The notes under the pieces were generated by a model. The model had not been told where the DNA came from, did no database searches, and was given only the letters and a program-made list of their open reading frames with translations. Both the position numbers and the translations under genes were made by a program. From Methanobacteriota archaeon (lineage in GTDB: Archaea; Thermoplasmatota; Thermoplasmata; SG8-5; JACRNV01), in the NCBI GenBank assembly GCA_016214785.1, contig JACRNV010000056.1:6843-70842 (forward strand): 64,000 nucleotides of DNA, read 5' to 3'. Below, one piece after another: positions 38,579 through 48,047 of the stretch; the first letter of the stretch is position 1; the number at the start of each line of letters is the position of its first letter.

Positions 38579-39687
38579 TTACTCCCCCCCTTCGTTCATA
38601 GTTATTTCATTAATTAAATTTAAGTACTTATCCGCAACACGTTTCCAAGTATAGTTATTTTCAATCGTAAGGATGCCATTTCGAGAAATAGAATCGAATA
38701 GCTGTTTATTTTCTTTAATCTTTCGAATTGCATTTACTATTTGTTCGACCTCCAAATCCACGATTATTCCATTATAACCATCGGTAATAACATCTTTCAT
38801 GCCTCCAATACTACTCACAATAACAGGTTTCCCAATCGACATTGCTTCGAGAGCTCCAAGACCTAATGATTCACCGATTGTAATCTGAGCATAGATATCA
38901 CAAGAGTGTAAAGCGACCCATGAATTGGGTATTGTGCCTGTAAAAACCACATAATCTGTCAATCCTACTTTTTTTACATAGGATCTTAACTCCTCAAGAT
39001 GTGGCCCATCTCGAGTTAAAACCAATCTAATCCCGGGATATATTGCTTTTAATTTAGATATCGCTGTGATGAGTAATTTAGCGCCTTCGGCTTTGTTCTT
39101 TAGAAATGTCAACCCTAATCCCAATACAATGGGATTTGCATTTGATAAGTTAAATTCTTTTTTAAATTGAATTATTTCCTGTTCAGTTACTTCTTCCTTA
39201 TCTGCGCCAGAAACTATTACGGCGGTCTTTACCTTAAATTTAATTTTCCCTACATTTTTAATATTATTAAGATGATACTGAGATACGAAACAAATCACAT
39301 CGCATCGATTTAATAAAAAGTTGTATGCCATTCGTTTATACCATGGAATTGAGGAGGTAAATGACGTGTGAAATAGGTATAAAATGGGGACATGATTAAA
39401 ATATTTAAATAAAATCGCCGGCAACAGGGTAAACCACCCTCCTTGAACGTGCATTACATTTGGTTGTTCTTTGCGTAAGATATTATAGGCTTTAAATGCA
39501 AAAGCAATTTTATTGTTATTCAAACCATAATTTTGTTCGTCCTTACCAATTCTGTAAATCACTTTAACATCATTCTGTTGGTGTCTTGAAAAATAATGTG
39601 CAATTTTTATAACAGTCTTATCAACTCCGCCGCCGCAGCCTTTCCAGTAATTTGTAAGAAAGACTACTTTAGTTTTTTTCATGGTCA
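38579..39687 (-). CDS. GT4-family glycosyltransferase
   Basis: Start MTMKKTKVVFL (ATG 39685-39687); …GLGALEAMSIGKPVIVSSIGGMKDVITDGYNG…. Confidence 0.85.
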
Positions 39688-40001
39688 TTGAAAACCCAAT
39701 GTCTATTATATATATATCTTTTTTGTATTTGTTTAGCTGGCAGCCATACGTCGCAGACAACCCTACATCCCCGCTGGGTCTTTCAAACCTTTCCGATGAA
39801 GGATGCACAAACGCATCTGCTCTCGAAACCCCCTGTTCTAGGTCGGTCAGACGTGAGCTAAACAAATACTCTTTTTTATGGTTTGGGGGAAAAAGATGAC
39901 ATGTAATAATTCATGTAAAACCTTAAATGCTATTTCAATATAAGGATTTACGATGCACAACATTCAACAGCCATCAAATAGACAGGTGATGATAGTATTT
40001 C

Positions 40002-40811
40002 ATGGAGGAAAAAATGAGCCTTAAAAAAATTTTTGGATTATTACCCGAAAGAAGTATAAAGCATAAAATTAGATGTATTTACTACAATAATTTTAAGGAT
40101 ATCGATTTTCAACTATCGTATAAAAAGGGACATTATACTGTTACATTCAAAGATGGAATTGTAATTAAATTTTATAATAATCCCTGTGGAATTCTTACAG
40201 AAATTGTTAAAGAATATTTTCTTAAATATAAGTTGAAAAAAGGAGATATTGTGATTGATGCGGGGGCGTGGTTCGGCCCATTTGCCATATACGCGGCTTC
40301 ACAGATAGGCCCCACTGGCAAAGTTATTGTTTTTGAGCCGGATCCTTTAAATTACATCGATTTGAAAAATAACATTTTGTTAAATAATCTAAATAACATT
40401 GTAGCTATCAACAAAGGGCTTTGGAATACTAAATCGACCCTTCGATTTTTTTCAATAGGAAAATATTCTGGAGGATCACATATATTATTCGACGATTCTT
40501 TAAAAGAAAATAAAGGATACGTCGAAATTTCAGTTGTAAGTCTTGATGAAGAGTTGAAATTACAGGGAATTAGTCAAGTAGATTTTATAAAAATGGACAT
40601 TGAAGGGGCTGAAATAGAAGCTATTGAAGGGAGTAAAAATATACTGCAAAATAGAAATACTAATCTAGCAATCGCTACTTATCATATTCGAAATGGAGAG
40701 ATGACATGTAAAAAAGTAGAGCATTTGTTAAAATCATATGGATATTATGTGGAATCATTGAACCCGCACCATCTGACAACATATGCGACGCCCATTGATA
40801 GTCGAAATTAA
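40002..40811 (+). CDS. FkbM-family SAM-dependent methyltransferase
   Basis: VIDAGAWFGPFAIYAA (SAM-binding Gly-rich motif), FEPDPLNY, …FIKMDIEGAEIEAI…. Confidence 0.85.
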   Translation: MEEKMSLKKIFGLLPERSIKHKIRCIYYNNFKDIDFQLSYKKGHYTVTFKDGIVIKFYNNPCGILTEIVKEYFLKYKLKKGDIVIDAGAWFGPFAIYAASQIGPTGKVIVFEPDPLNYIDLKNNILLNNLNNIVAINKGLWNTKSTLRFFSIGKYSGGSHILFDDSLKENKGYVEISVVSLDEELKLQGISQVDFIKMDIEGAEIEAIEGSKNILQNRNTNLAIATYHIRNGEMTCKKVEHLLKSYGYYVESLNPHHLTTYATPIDSRN

Positions 40812-40834
40812 TTAGAGAATAAAAATGTAATATT

Positions 40835-42586
40835 TTATATGGCCCATATTGAACAATAACTTCTAATGTATATCAGTGATGCGGAATTACCAGATATAGT
40901 CTTACGTAGATGCCACTGTGGAGGGGGTAATTCAACACCTGAAAATCCGTTATTTTTTAAGGTTACAACTAGCTCGTAATGATTATTAATAATGAGAAGA
41001 GGATATTGAACTGTAAAATCAATTTGACCTATGCCCCTACCCTGTACTGCGCCCATGTACGTTGTAGCCATGGGGCCGTGAATGCTGTTGGTTGTCGATT
41101 CCCAGTAAATGCCTTCAATATTATCAGGCATTTCCCTATCGATATTATATTGTATTGAATAAAATGATAGGGCAATAGAGGCCACAACTAAAATGATTAC
41201 TATCTTTTTTATTTGATGCTTTTCTCGAAGTAAATTTATTGTTCCCCAGCCCACTAATATAGAAATAAATGGAGCTAGGTAAATATACGTTCTCTGTAGT
41301 TTTACGTCAACATAATATTCGCCTACTATTAGAAAGATCAGAAACATTGAAAGGCTCAATACTGCAGATAGCATTAGATAATTCCTGCGTACTTTCGAAA
41401 TCACAAGATATACGGATGGAACAATTATTACTAAAGGTAGAAGATTGATATGCCAAGCATACATTATCTGCTTTAATAAAGTAATAAAGGAAGTTTCTTT
41501 TGCTTCAGAACTAATGACTTCCCAGAGAGTCACGAAGCCTGACGGAGAAGTCGGTATGTCAACTCCAATTGTAAAAATTGTGACTAATAATAGAACGCCT
41601 AGTATCATCGGAATTCCTAACATTAGCAGGACCCACTGATGACTTTTTATTTTTTTACTCGGTAATGGTCCCAATTCTTTACTCTGAAAAATTGGTTTCT
41701 TCCGAACAAGATATAATATTGTAAGAAGCATAAAAATCGCTATTATCAGCCCGAGTATTTGTTCTTTAGTCATTTCTATACCAAATATCATTACGTCGAA
41801 ACGCTTTGAAATTATTCCCCCAAGGCGCATTATTGTTTCGACAGGTGCATTGTACCAGAAAAAGAATGACATAAGACCTCCAATTAGAGTGGAGAAAATT
41901 AGTGGTGTTTGGAAAGTATGAAAAAAATTTTGCTTGTTTTTAACAAAGGGTAACATAATAACAGAAATAATTACTACAATAGTAAGCCATATAACAGCAG
42001 TCGGTCTATGTGTTATAAAAATAGAAAAAACGAAAATTGTGCAAAAGATAAACTTAATTAGATCATCATTTACCACAGCCAATGTAAGGAAAATTAATAG
42101 TATAAGTATATTCCCATATGAGGAAGGTAATATATTCATCGGCCCATGCATATTTGTTCCAGAAATAAAAAGTGATCCACAAAAGCTGGCAATAAAACCG
42201 ATATAGCTATTATTTGTAATTTTTTTTGCCAGTAAATAAATTAAAATGCAAAAAAATACCCAGAATATAATTGATAAATATGATACATCCATAAAATTGA
42301 TTCCAGTTAATTCCCTTGCATTATTTAGGATTAATGTGAAGCCCGGTGGATAAAACTCATATGTTCCATTCAGCCGAAAGATATTGCTCCATGATGTGTC
42401 AAAATTCAATCTCTGCTCAAAATCAATTTGACGCATTTGAATGACCTGGCTCCAAAAATCTGGATTCGTTATGCCATTATAAGAATGATTTATATAATAC
42501 ACAGAATATTCTAGGGTACATACGAAAAATATTATTGTAAGTAGAAATAATAATTCGATTTTTCGCTTCATTTCGGCCTCCCACAT
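40835..42586 (-). CDS. Polytopic integral membrane protein (≥12 TM) with ~100-aa C-terminal soluble domain; possible polysaccharide polymerase or GT-C-like enzyme
   Basis: 583 aa, very hydrophobic, in the glycosylation island between glycosyltransferase genes. No family confidently recognised. Confidence 0.55.
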   Translation of the reverse strand: MWEAEMKRKIELLFLLTIIFFVCTLEYSVYYINHSYNGITNPDFWSQVIQMRQIDFEQRLNFDTSWSNIFRLNGTYEFYPPGFTLILNNARELTGINFMDVSYLSIIFWVFFCILIYLLAKKITNNSYIGFIASFCGSLFISGTNMHGPMNILPSSYGNILILLIFLTLAVVNDDLIKFIFCTIFVFSIFITHRPTAVIWLTIVVIISVIMLPFVKNKQNFFHTFQTPLIFSTLIGGLMSFFFWYNAPVETIMRLGGIISKRFDVMIFGIEMTKEQILGLIIAIFMLLTILYLVRKKPIFQSKELGPLPSKKIKSHQWVLLMLGIPMILGVLLLVTIFTIGVDIPTSPSGFVTLWEVISSEAKETSFITLLKQIMYAWHINLLPLVIIVPSVYLVISKVRRNYLMLSAVLSLSMFLIFLIVGEYYVDVKLQRTYIYLAPFISILVGWGTINLLREKHQIKKIVIILVVASIALSFYSIQYNIDREMPDNIEGIYWESTTNSIHGPMATTYMGAVQGRGIGQIDFTVQYPLLIINNHYELVVTLKNNGFSGVELPPPQWHLRKTISGNSASLIYIRSYCSIWAI

Positions 42587-43839
42587 ATTTTTTTCTTTGA
42601 TTCAATAGTAGAGTAATATAGTGCGAAAATTTTTTCAGCAATATTTTCCCACGAATATTGATGAGCATCTCTAGCTATTCGATCCCTATCCCATTCTCTT
42701 TCGATTGCTCTAATAACAATCTCGGATATATCTTCAGGCTTTTCTACAACAATTCCAGATTCTTTCGTCAATATTTCCTTAACTCCTCCGACATTGGTCG
42801 TGATTACTGGCAAACCGCATGATAGTGCCTCAAACATTACAGTAGGATTACCCTCCGCAGTGCTGGTTAAAATGAATAAATCCGCGGAATTATACCAATA
42901 GTTCAATTCTTCAATCGTTTTTTCTGTACTAACAATTGATACACATTTTGATAGCTGATAATCACCAACTAATTTTTTCAAGAATTTCTCTTCTGGACCT
43001 GTGCCAATAATAGTCAAAATGGAATTCGGATATTTCTCGTAGATTTTTCTATAGCTCTTAATTAAAGAATCATAAGCCTTTCTTTTTGTTAGAGACCCGA
43101 TTGATAAAAGTAAAAATTTATCCGTCGGAATATTTAGATATTTACGTGCTAATGTTTTATTCATAATATAGAAATGCTTTGATGGAAAACCATTGGGAAT
43201 AATATTAATTTTACTAGAAACTAAATCAGTTTCATATAGATTTTTATCTACTGAAGTAACTCGAATAATATTGGTAAATTTTTGGAGTAAATTCTGTATT
43301 TTGCTATCTTTCATTAAATCTGCGAATATGTTTTGATTTTCATGATTTGTCAGAACGATTGGAATATCGAAAAATTTTGTAAGTTCATATGCGACTATTC
43401 CCGAAGAAATGACGAAATGAGCATGAATTATATCTGGTCGATTATTTCTAAAAAGATTTTTTACTATCCATTTCGCAATTCGTTTAGAAGCCATTTGTTT
43501 AGAATAAAAAGAATGAAAATAAATAGGTTTAGGAAAATAAATTTCGATATTCTGATATACATAATTCTGTGCAATTATATCTCGTTGATGAGCGGGTGTG
43601 AGAAAACGCTTAAATATTGGTATATTTGGAACATATGGAGTCATAGCGATCACAGTGACTTTATTGAATTTTACACTTAATGCATCGACCTGTCCCTTGA
43701 CGAAGGCTCCACTAATAGGATCTCCAACATGGGGATACCTATTGCAAATGATTAATAACCAATTTAAATGAGTGGGGCTTTTTATGTTGTTCATCATTAG
43801 ACCTCTTGAATCAACATTATTCGAATATGATATAGCCAT
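42568..43839 (-). CDS. GT4-family glycosyltransferase
   Basis: …STAEGNPTVMFEALSCGLPVITTNVGGVKEIL…. Confidence 0.85.
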   Translation of the reverse strand: MAISYSNNVDSRGLMMNNIKSPTHLNWLLIICNRYPHVGDPISGAFVKGQVDALSVKFNKVTVIAMTPYVPNIPIFKRFLTPAHQRDIIAQNYVYQNIEIYFPKPIYFHSFYSKQMASKRIAKWIVKNLFRNNRPDIIHAHFVISSGIVAYELTKFFDIPIVLTNHENQNIFADLMKDSKIQNLLQKFTNIIRVTSVDKNLYETDLVSSKINIIPNGFPSKHFYIMNKTLARKYLNIPTDKFLLLSIGSLTKRKAYDSLIKSYRKIYEKYPNSILTIIGTGPEEKFLKKLVGDYQLSKCVSIVSTEKTIEELNYWYNSADLFILTSTAEGNPTVMFEALSCGLPVITTNVGGVKEILTKESGIVVEKPEDISEIVIRAIEREWDRDRIARDAHQYSWENIAEKIFALYYSTIESKKKICGRPK

Positions 43840-43852
43840 GTTTTTTTCGCAA

Positions 43853-44911
43853 TCATACAGACACCGATGATTTTTTTATATTTGAATTTTCTATAAGCTG
43901 TACCACGTATTCCGTTACATCTATTTTATCATTTAACATTTTTGCTTGCTTTTGTTTCCATACGCTCTTTAGATTGTGAACATTAAGCAATGAAGAAATC
44001 TCCTCGATTATCTTTTGAATATTTTTATCATTTCTGAGATGATAGTAGAGGAGACCATATTTTACTTGTTCAGAAATTGTCCCGGGCTTTAAATTATTAA
44101 CATATATAGCAGGAGTTCCTAATATCGCTGCCTCGGATGCCATTGTTGCTCCTTCACCAATGTATATCGTTGCGTAATAAAGTAAATCATGCATTTTTTC
44201 GGGAGGTATCTTCATCATATAATGCTTGTATTTACATTCAATTGGGGCTTCCGATGTAATAATTATCTTAACTTTTTTTTCAATTTCGGATATTAAGTTG
44301 TTGAAAGTAACCTCTTTCTCTTTATTATTACCGATATCGTGTGCTGCGTCCCATGATACAAATCTAATTATTACAAACTTCTCTCCTGGAGTGATGCCCG
44401 CTTCCTTTAATGTATCTGGGTTCGGTTTAAAATATTTAGGATGAAGGTAAGCTAATTCTTTGAAACCATTATATCTTACTTGCTTCTTTCCCAGGTTCTT
44501 CGTGTAGCAAACAGGCGTACATATCACTGTAATGAACGTATCCATCAGGAAATGCTCGAACTTCGAGTGCTCCGTATCATCGAAAACTATGGATGGCTTG
44601 CCGATTATCTTTCCTACATGCGCGACGTACACGTTCCCTACGCCACCCACGAGTACGTCTGGTTTGAACTTCTTTGCTATTCTTAATATCTTCCAATCCT
44701 TCTTTATCAATTCGACGGCCTTTTGGATTAGCGTGGATGGCGACTTTCCGATTACTTCGTATTCGAAACCGTAAGCTTTTAACAATTGTATTGCTACGTC
44801 CTTATCAGAGGTCGTTATCTTGCATACATGCCCACGCTTTTGTAACTCCCAGATAGTGTTCTTGAAGAAGTGCACCTGCGCCGGATGCCCGATGTTGAAA
44901 AGTATCCTCAT
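43853..44911 (-). CDS. DUF354-family protein (predicted glycosyltransferase/epimerase-like)
   Basis: Start MRILFNIGHPAQVHFFKNTIWELQKRGH, the hallmark N-terminus of DUF354. Overlaps the deacetylase-like stop (ATGA). Confidence 0.7.
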   Translation of the reverse strand: MRILFNIGHPAQVHFFKNTIWELQKRGHVCKITTSDKDVAIQLLKAYGFEYEVIGKSPSTLIQKAVELIKKDWKILRIAKKFKPDVLVGGVGNVYVAHVGKIIGKPSIVFDDTEHSKFEHFLMDTFITVICTPVCYTKNLGKKQVRYNGFKELAYLHPKYFKPNPDTLKEAGITPGEKFVIIRFVSWDAAHDIGNNKEKEVTFNNLISEIEKKVKIIITSEAPIECKYKHYMMKIPPEKMHDLLYYATIYIGEGATMASEAAILGTPAIYVNNLKPGTISEQVKYGLLYYHLRNDKNIQKIIEEISSLLNVHNLKSVWKQKQAKMLNDKIDVTEYVVQLIENSNIKKSSVSV

Positions 44912-45690
44912 TGCCTCGACCTCAAAAACATCTTCCCCACGTTCCTCACGTTCTGCCCCACCAACTCTGAGAGCCACTCCACCTTTCCTCTAGCCCATCT
45001 CTGGGGATGGGTATTGACCATCACGCGCTTGTACCGCTGTGAGTTCATCACCTCGACAAGGTGCTCCGTGCCCTTTATCCTTTCGCCGAGGGGCCGGCCC
45101 AGCCTGTCCCTCACGCTGGCCTCGCCGCTGCTCCACTTCCTTCCGGTGTCCGTTATGTACGCCACGTCCTCGAACTTCCCGGAGATGTGCGGGTCGCCGA
45201 GGAGGCCGTGCTTGTTCAGGTCCACCCCTCTCAGGAGGTCGGCGTTGTCCACCCTCGAGAGCGGGGAGCCGTGCATGGCCACGGTCCGGACGGGCGCGAG
45301 CTCCCTCAGGATGGCGAGCTTGGACCCGAAGTCCTCCAGCGCCTTGTCCTTGTCCCCTATCTCTGAGAGGTTCTCGTAGTGGTACCCGACCTCGTGGCCG
45401 AAGAGCTTGCACTCGAGCACCTCCTTCTCCGGGAAGCCCGGTACTCCAGGGAAATCGGGCGTGGCCTCGGGCATCCAGCGGAAGTAGTACGTGGCCCGCA
45501 CGCCCCGCGCCTTCTCCATCCTGGCCATCCGGGACGCGCGGGACGGAAAGCGATCAACATCGTGCCGGAGGACGCAGAACGGCTCGGAAGCTTTGCCGGA
45601 GAGGAAATCCTCGACTGTGGCGACGCCGTACCCCGCGAGGGCGTCAAGCAGCCTGGAGTAGGCGTCGAGGGTGAAGTCCATCGGCCTCAA
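44908..45690 (-). CDS. Polysaccharide deacetylase-like (CE4-related) protein; first high-GC gene after the island
   Basis: …VLRHDVDRFPS…RATYYFRW…HEVGYHYE… (Asp/His metal-site pattern of CE4-like deacetylases). GC ~64%. Confidence 0.65.
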   Translation of the reverse strand: MRPMDFTLDAYSRLLDALAGYGVATVEDFLSGKASEPFCVLRHDVDRFPSRASRMARMEKARGVRATYYFRWMPEATPDFPGVPGFPEKEVLECKLFGHEVGYHYENLSEIGDKDKALEDFGSKLAILRELAPVRTVAMHGSPLSRVDNADLLRGVDLNKHGLLGDPHISGKFEDVAYITDTGRKWSSGEASVRDRLGRPLGERIKGTEHLVEVMNSQRYKRVMVNTHPQRWARGKVEWLSELVGQNVRNVGKMFLRSRQ

Positions 45691-45759
45691 TACATCCCAA
45701 CTGGTAGAATTAGGTTTCGACCGAGCAGTTTATATACCGATAAGGAGTTGATACAACCG

Positions 45760-46047
45760 ATGAAGCGCGAGTCTATATTCAAGGAGGTCGCTGCGTTCCT
45801 CGCAGAACGGGGCGCGAAGCGCATCGGCGTCTTTGGCTCATACGCCAGGGGCGAGCAGCGTAGCGGCAGCGACCTCGACCTCGTCGTCGAGTTCCGCGAC
45901 CCGAAGAGCCTCCTCGACCTCGTGGGCATGGAACAGGACCTCTCAGAGGCATTGGGAATCAAGGTCGATCTCCTGACCGAGAAGTCCATCAGCCCGCATC
46001 TGATAGAGAGGGTGCGCGAGGAAACGGTGGAGATATACGCATCATGA
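45760..46047 (+). CDS. MNT nucleotidyltransferase antitoxin (second MNT/HepT pair)
   Basis: …IGVFGSYARGEQRSGSDLDLVVEF… GS-X9-DxD; 95 aa. Confidence 0.85.
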   Translation: MKRESIFKEVAAFLAERGAKRIGVFGSYARGEQRSGSDLDLVVEFRDPKSLLDLVGMEQDLSEALGIKVDLLTEKSISPHLIERVREETVEIYAS

Positions 46048-46367
46048 AGGACGACTCAGTATACCTGTTGCACATCGCCGACGCTATCCGGAGGATAGAG
46101 GAATTCACATCTGGCCTTGACGGGAAGGGATTCATGGCGAGCAGGCTCGTCCAATCTGCCGTGATAAGGGAGTTCGAGGTCATAGGCGAAGCGTCCAAGC
46201 AAGTCTCGGAGAAATTCAAGAAAAGCGCCCCTGGAATACCATGGAAGCGCATATCGGGGATGAGGGACAAGCTGATACACGGCTATTTCGGAGTGGACCT
46301 CGACGCGGTGTGGGAGACCATCTCAAAGGACCTGCCCGAACTGAAGAGAAGGCTCGGAGAGTTGTAG
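46044..46367 (+). CDS. HepT-like (DUF86) RNase toxin
   Basis: R-x4-HxY (RDKLIHGY); start overlaps the MNT-type stop (ATGA). Confidence 0.85.
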   Translation: MKDDSVYLLHIADAIRRIEEFTSGLDGKGFMASRLVQSAVIREFEVIGEASKQVSEKFKKSAPGIPWKRISGMRDKLIHGYFGVDLDAVWETISKDLPELKRRLGEL

Positions 46368-46390
46368 GCAGTAAGTAAGGGGCACACGCG

Positions 46391-46503
46391 CCGGAGGACT
46401 CAGAACGGCTCGGAGGCCTTGCCGGAGAGGAAATCCTCCACGGCGGCGACGCTGTACCCCGCGAGGGCGTCCTGGAGCAGGCGCCGAGGGTGAAGCCCAT
46501 CGT
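46391..46503 (-). pseudogene. Degenerate fragment (N-terminal ~38 codons including ATG) of a polysaccharide deacetylase paralog
   Basis: ~88% identical to 45565-45689 (5' end of the deacetylase-like gene at 44908..45690), then homology stops. Confidence 0.6.
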
Positions 46504-46528
46504 CAAATGTACATCAGTACCTGTAGAT

Positions 46529-47794
46529 TTACTTTTCCGCCTCCAGCAGCCACTTCCAGAGCGGCACGGACCGTACGCCCGCCTCCCCCGCTTCCTCGTC
46601 CCGCGTTATCACCAGGCCATCGCCTATCCCGAGATCGCCCATGCAGCGCGACAGGCCGCGGAACTCCCTCTTGCGGGCGTCCGGGTCCGCGAGGTCGAAG
46701 CACACCTGCACCGCCAGCGTCTTCCTGCCGCGGCCCAGGACGAAGTCCACCTCGTAGCCGGCCCTGTCCTTCCAGTAATGGAAGGTCGCGCCGCGCCGAG
46801 CGAGCTCGGCTGCGACAACTGTCTCGTAAAGATGCCCCTCCCCGACATTGCCGATCACGCTCGCCAGGCCCGCGTCATAGCAGTAGACCTTGCGGGGGTA
46901 CTGGAGCCGGTCCCTGATGCGGGTCGAAAATATCGTGACGTCGAACAGCAGGAACGCGTCCCTGAGGTGGCCGAAGTACCGAATCAGCGTCGGGACCGAG
47001 ATCGGCGCCCCGATGCTCTTGAAATATCTGGACATCTTGCCGAAGGATAGGAGGTTCCCGGAGTTCGAGACGAGGTAGTCCGAGAGCTCCGAGAGCGTGG
47101 CCGCCCCCCGCACTTTCGCCAGGACGTCCCGGGCGACCGAGTCCGCGTAGAGATGGGCCAGCATCTCCTCCTTCAGTTCGGACAGCACGACCTCCGGGTA
47201 GCCGCCGTGCCTGAGGTATTGCTCCAGCGCGCCCTTCACGAGCGCCCTGGCCCGCTCGGTCTTTGGGGACTTTTCGATTCCCACGAACCCGAGGTACTCG
47301 CGGAACGACAGCGGCAGGACGACCGTCGTCAGATGCCGCCCGGCCAGCAGCTTGGCGACGTCGGGCCTCATGAGCCGGGCGGTGGACCCGGACACGGTGG
47401 TCTTGACCCGCCCCTTGAACTCGTCCTGGATGCTCCGAACATAGCGTTCCCAATCCGGAACTCTCTGCACCTCATCCAGGAACAGGTAAACCCTGCCGTG
47501 CCTCTCCAGCAGGCGTTCTGCATGGATGACCTCGACGAGGTCGTTGAACATTGAGCCTTGGACCGGCGCGAGCTTCCTGTTCTCGAAGTTCAGATAGATG
47601 GTCGCTTCCTTCGGGACATGTTCCAGCAACTGGCTTATCGCATGAAACATCAGGTAAGTCTTCCCCGCTCTCCTCGGGCCCACGATGTCATTAATCAGGT
47701 CGCTATCAAGCTGCGTCTCGACCTCCCGCGCCCTGACTTCGGGAAGCTGGCTTTCCCAGTATTCCCTGACCGCGCTGTCGATCTTTGAATTCAT
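46529..47794 (-). CDS. AAA+ ATPase of the COG1373 / DUF4143 family (paralog 2)
   Basis: Walker A (GPRRAGKT), Walker B (LFLDEVQ). Collinear with 27457..28698. Confidence 0.85.
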   Translation of the reverse strand: MNSKIDSAVREYWESQLPEVRAREVETQLDSDLINDIVGPRRAGKTYLMFHAISQLLEHVPKEATIYLNFENRKLAPVQGSMFNDLVEVIHAERLLERHGRVYLFLDEVQRVPDWERYVRSIQDEFKGRVKTTVSGSTARLMRPDVAKLLAGRHLTTVVLPLSFREYLGFVGIEKSPKTERARALVKGALEQYLRHGGYPEVVLSELKEEMLAHLYADSVARDVLAKVRGAATLSELSDYLVSNSGNLLSFGKMSRYFKSIGAPISVPTLIRYFGHLRDAFLLFDVTIFSTRIRDRLQYPRKVYCYDAGLASVIGNVGEGHLYETVVAAELARRGATFHYWKDRAGYEVDFVLGRGRKTLAVQVCFDLADPDARKREFRGLSRCMGDLGIGDGLVITRDEEAGEAGVRSVPLWKWLLEAEK

Positions 47795-47894
47795 ATTACA
47801 GGGATATCGTTAAACGTATTTAATGATTTGCGTGCATATCGTTATATTTACATTACGATGTGATGCTATCGATTGCTGGCAAATGCGCCCCATG

Positions 47895-47932
47895 TCGGGC
47901 GTGGCCTCGGGCATCCAGCGGAAGTAGTACGT
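47895..47932 (-). pseudogene. 38-nt exact internal fragment of the deacetylase-like gene
   Basis: tcgggcgtggcctcgggcatccagcggaagtagtacgt is identical to 45455-45492. Confidence 0.55.
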
Positions 47933-48047
47933 AACCTTTATCCTCGTGTTGCGATCGAGCCGGGCCTTGGCCGATTCGTTGGATATCCTCCACCCCGAAA
48001 CATTTATTTAGGTTGGCCCCGTTCCAAAGGCACCGACTCGCTCGGCG

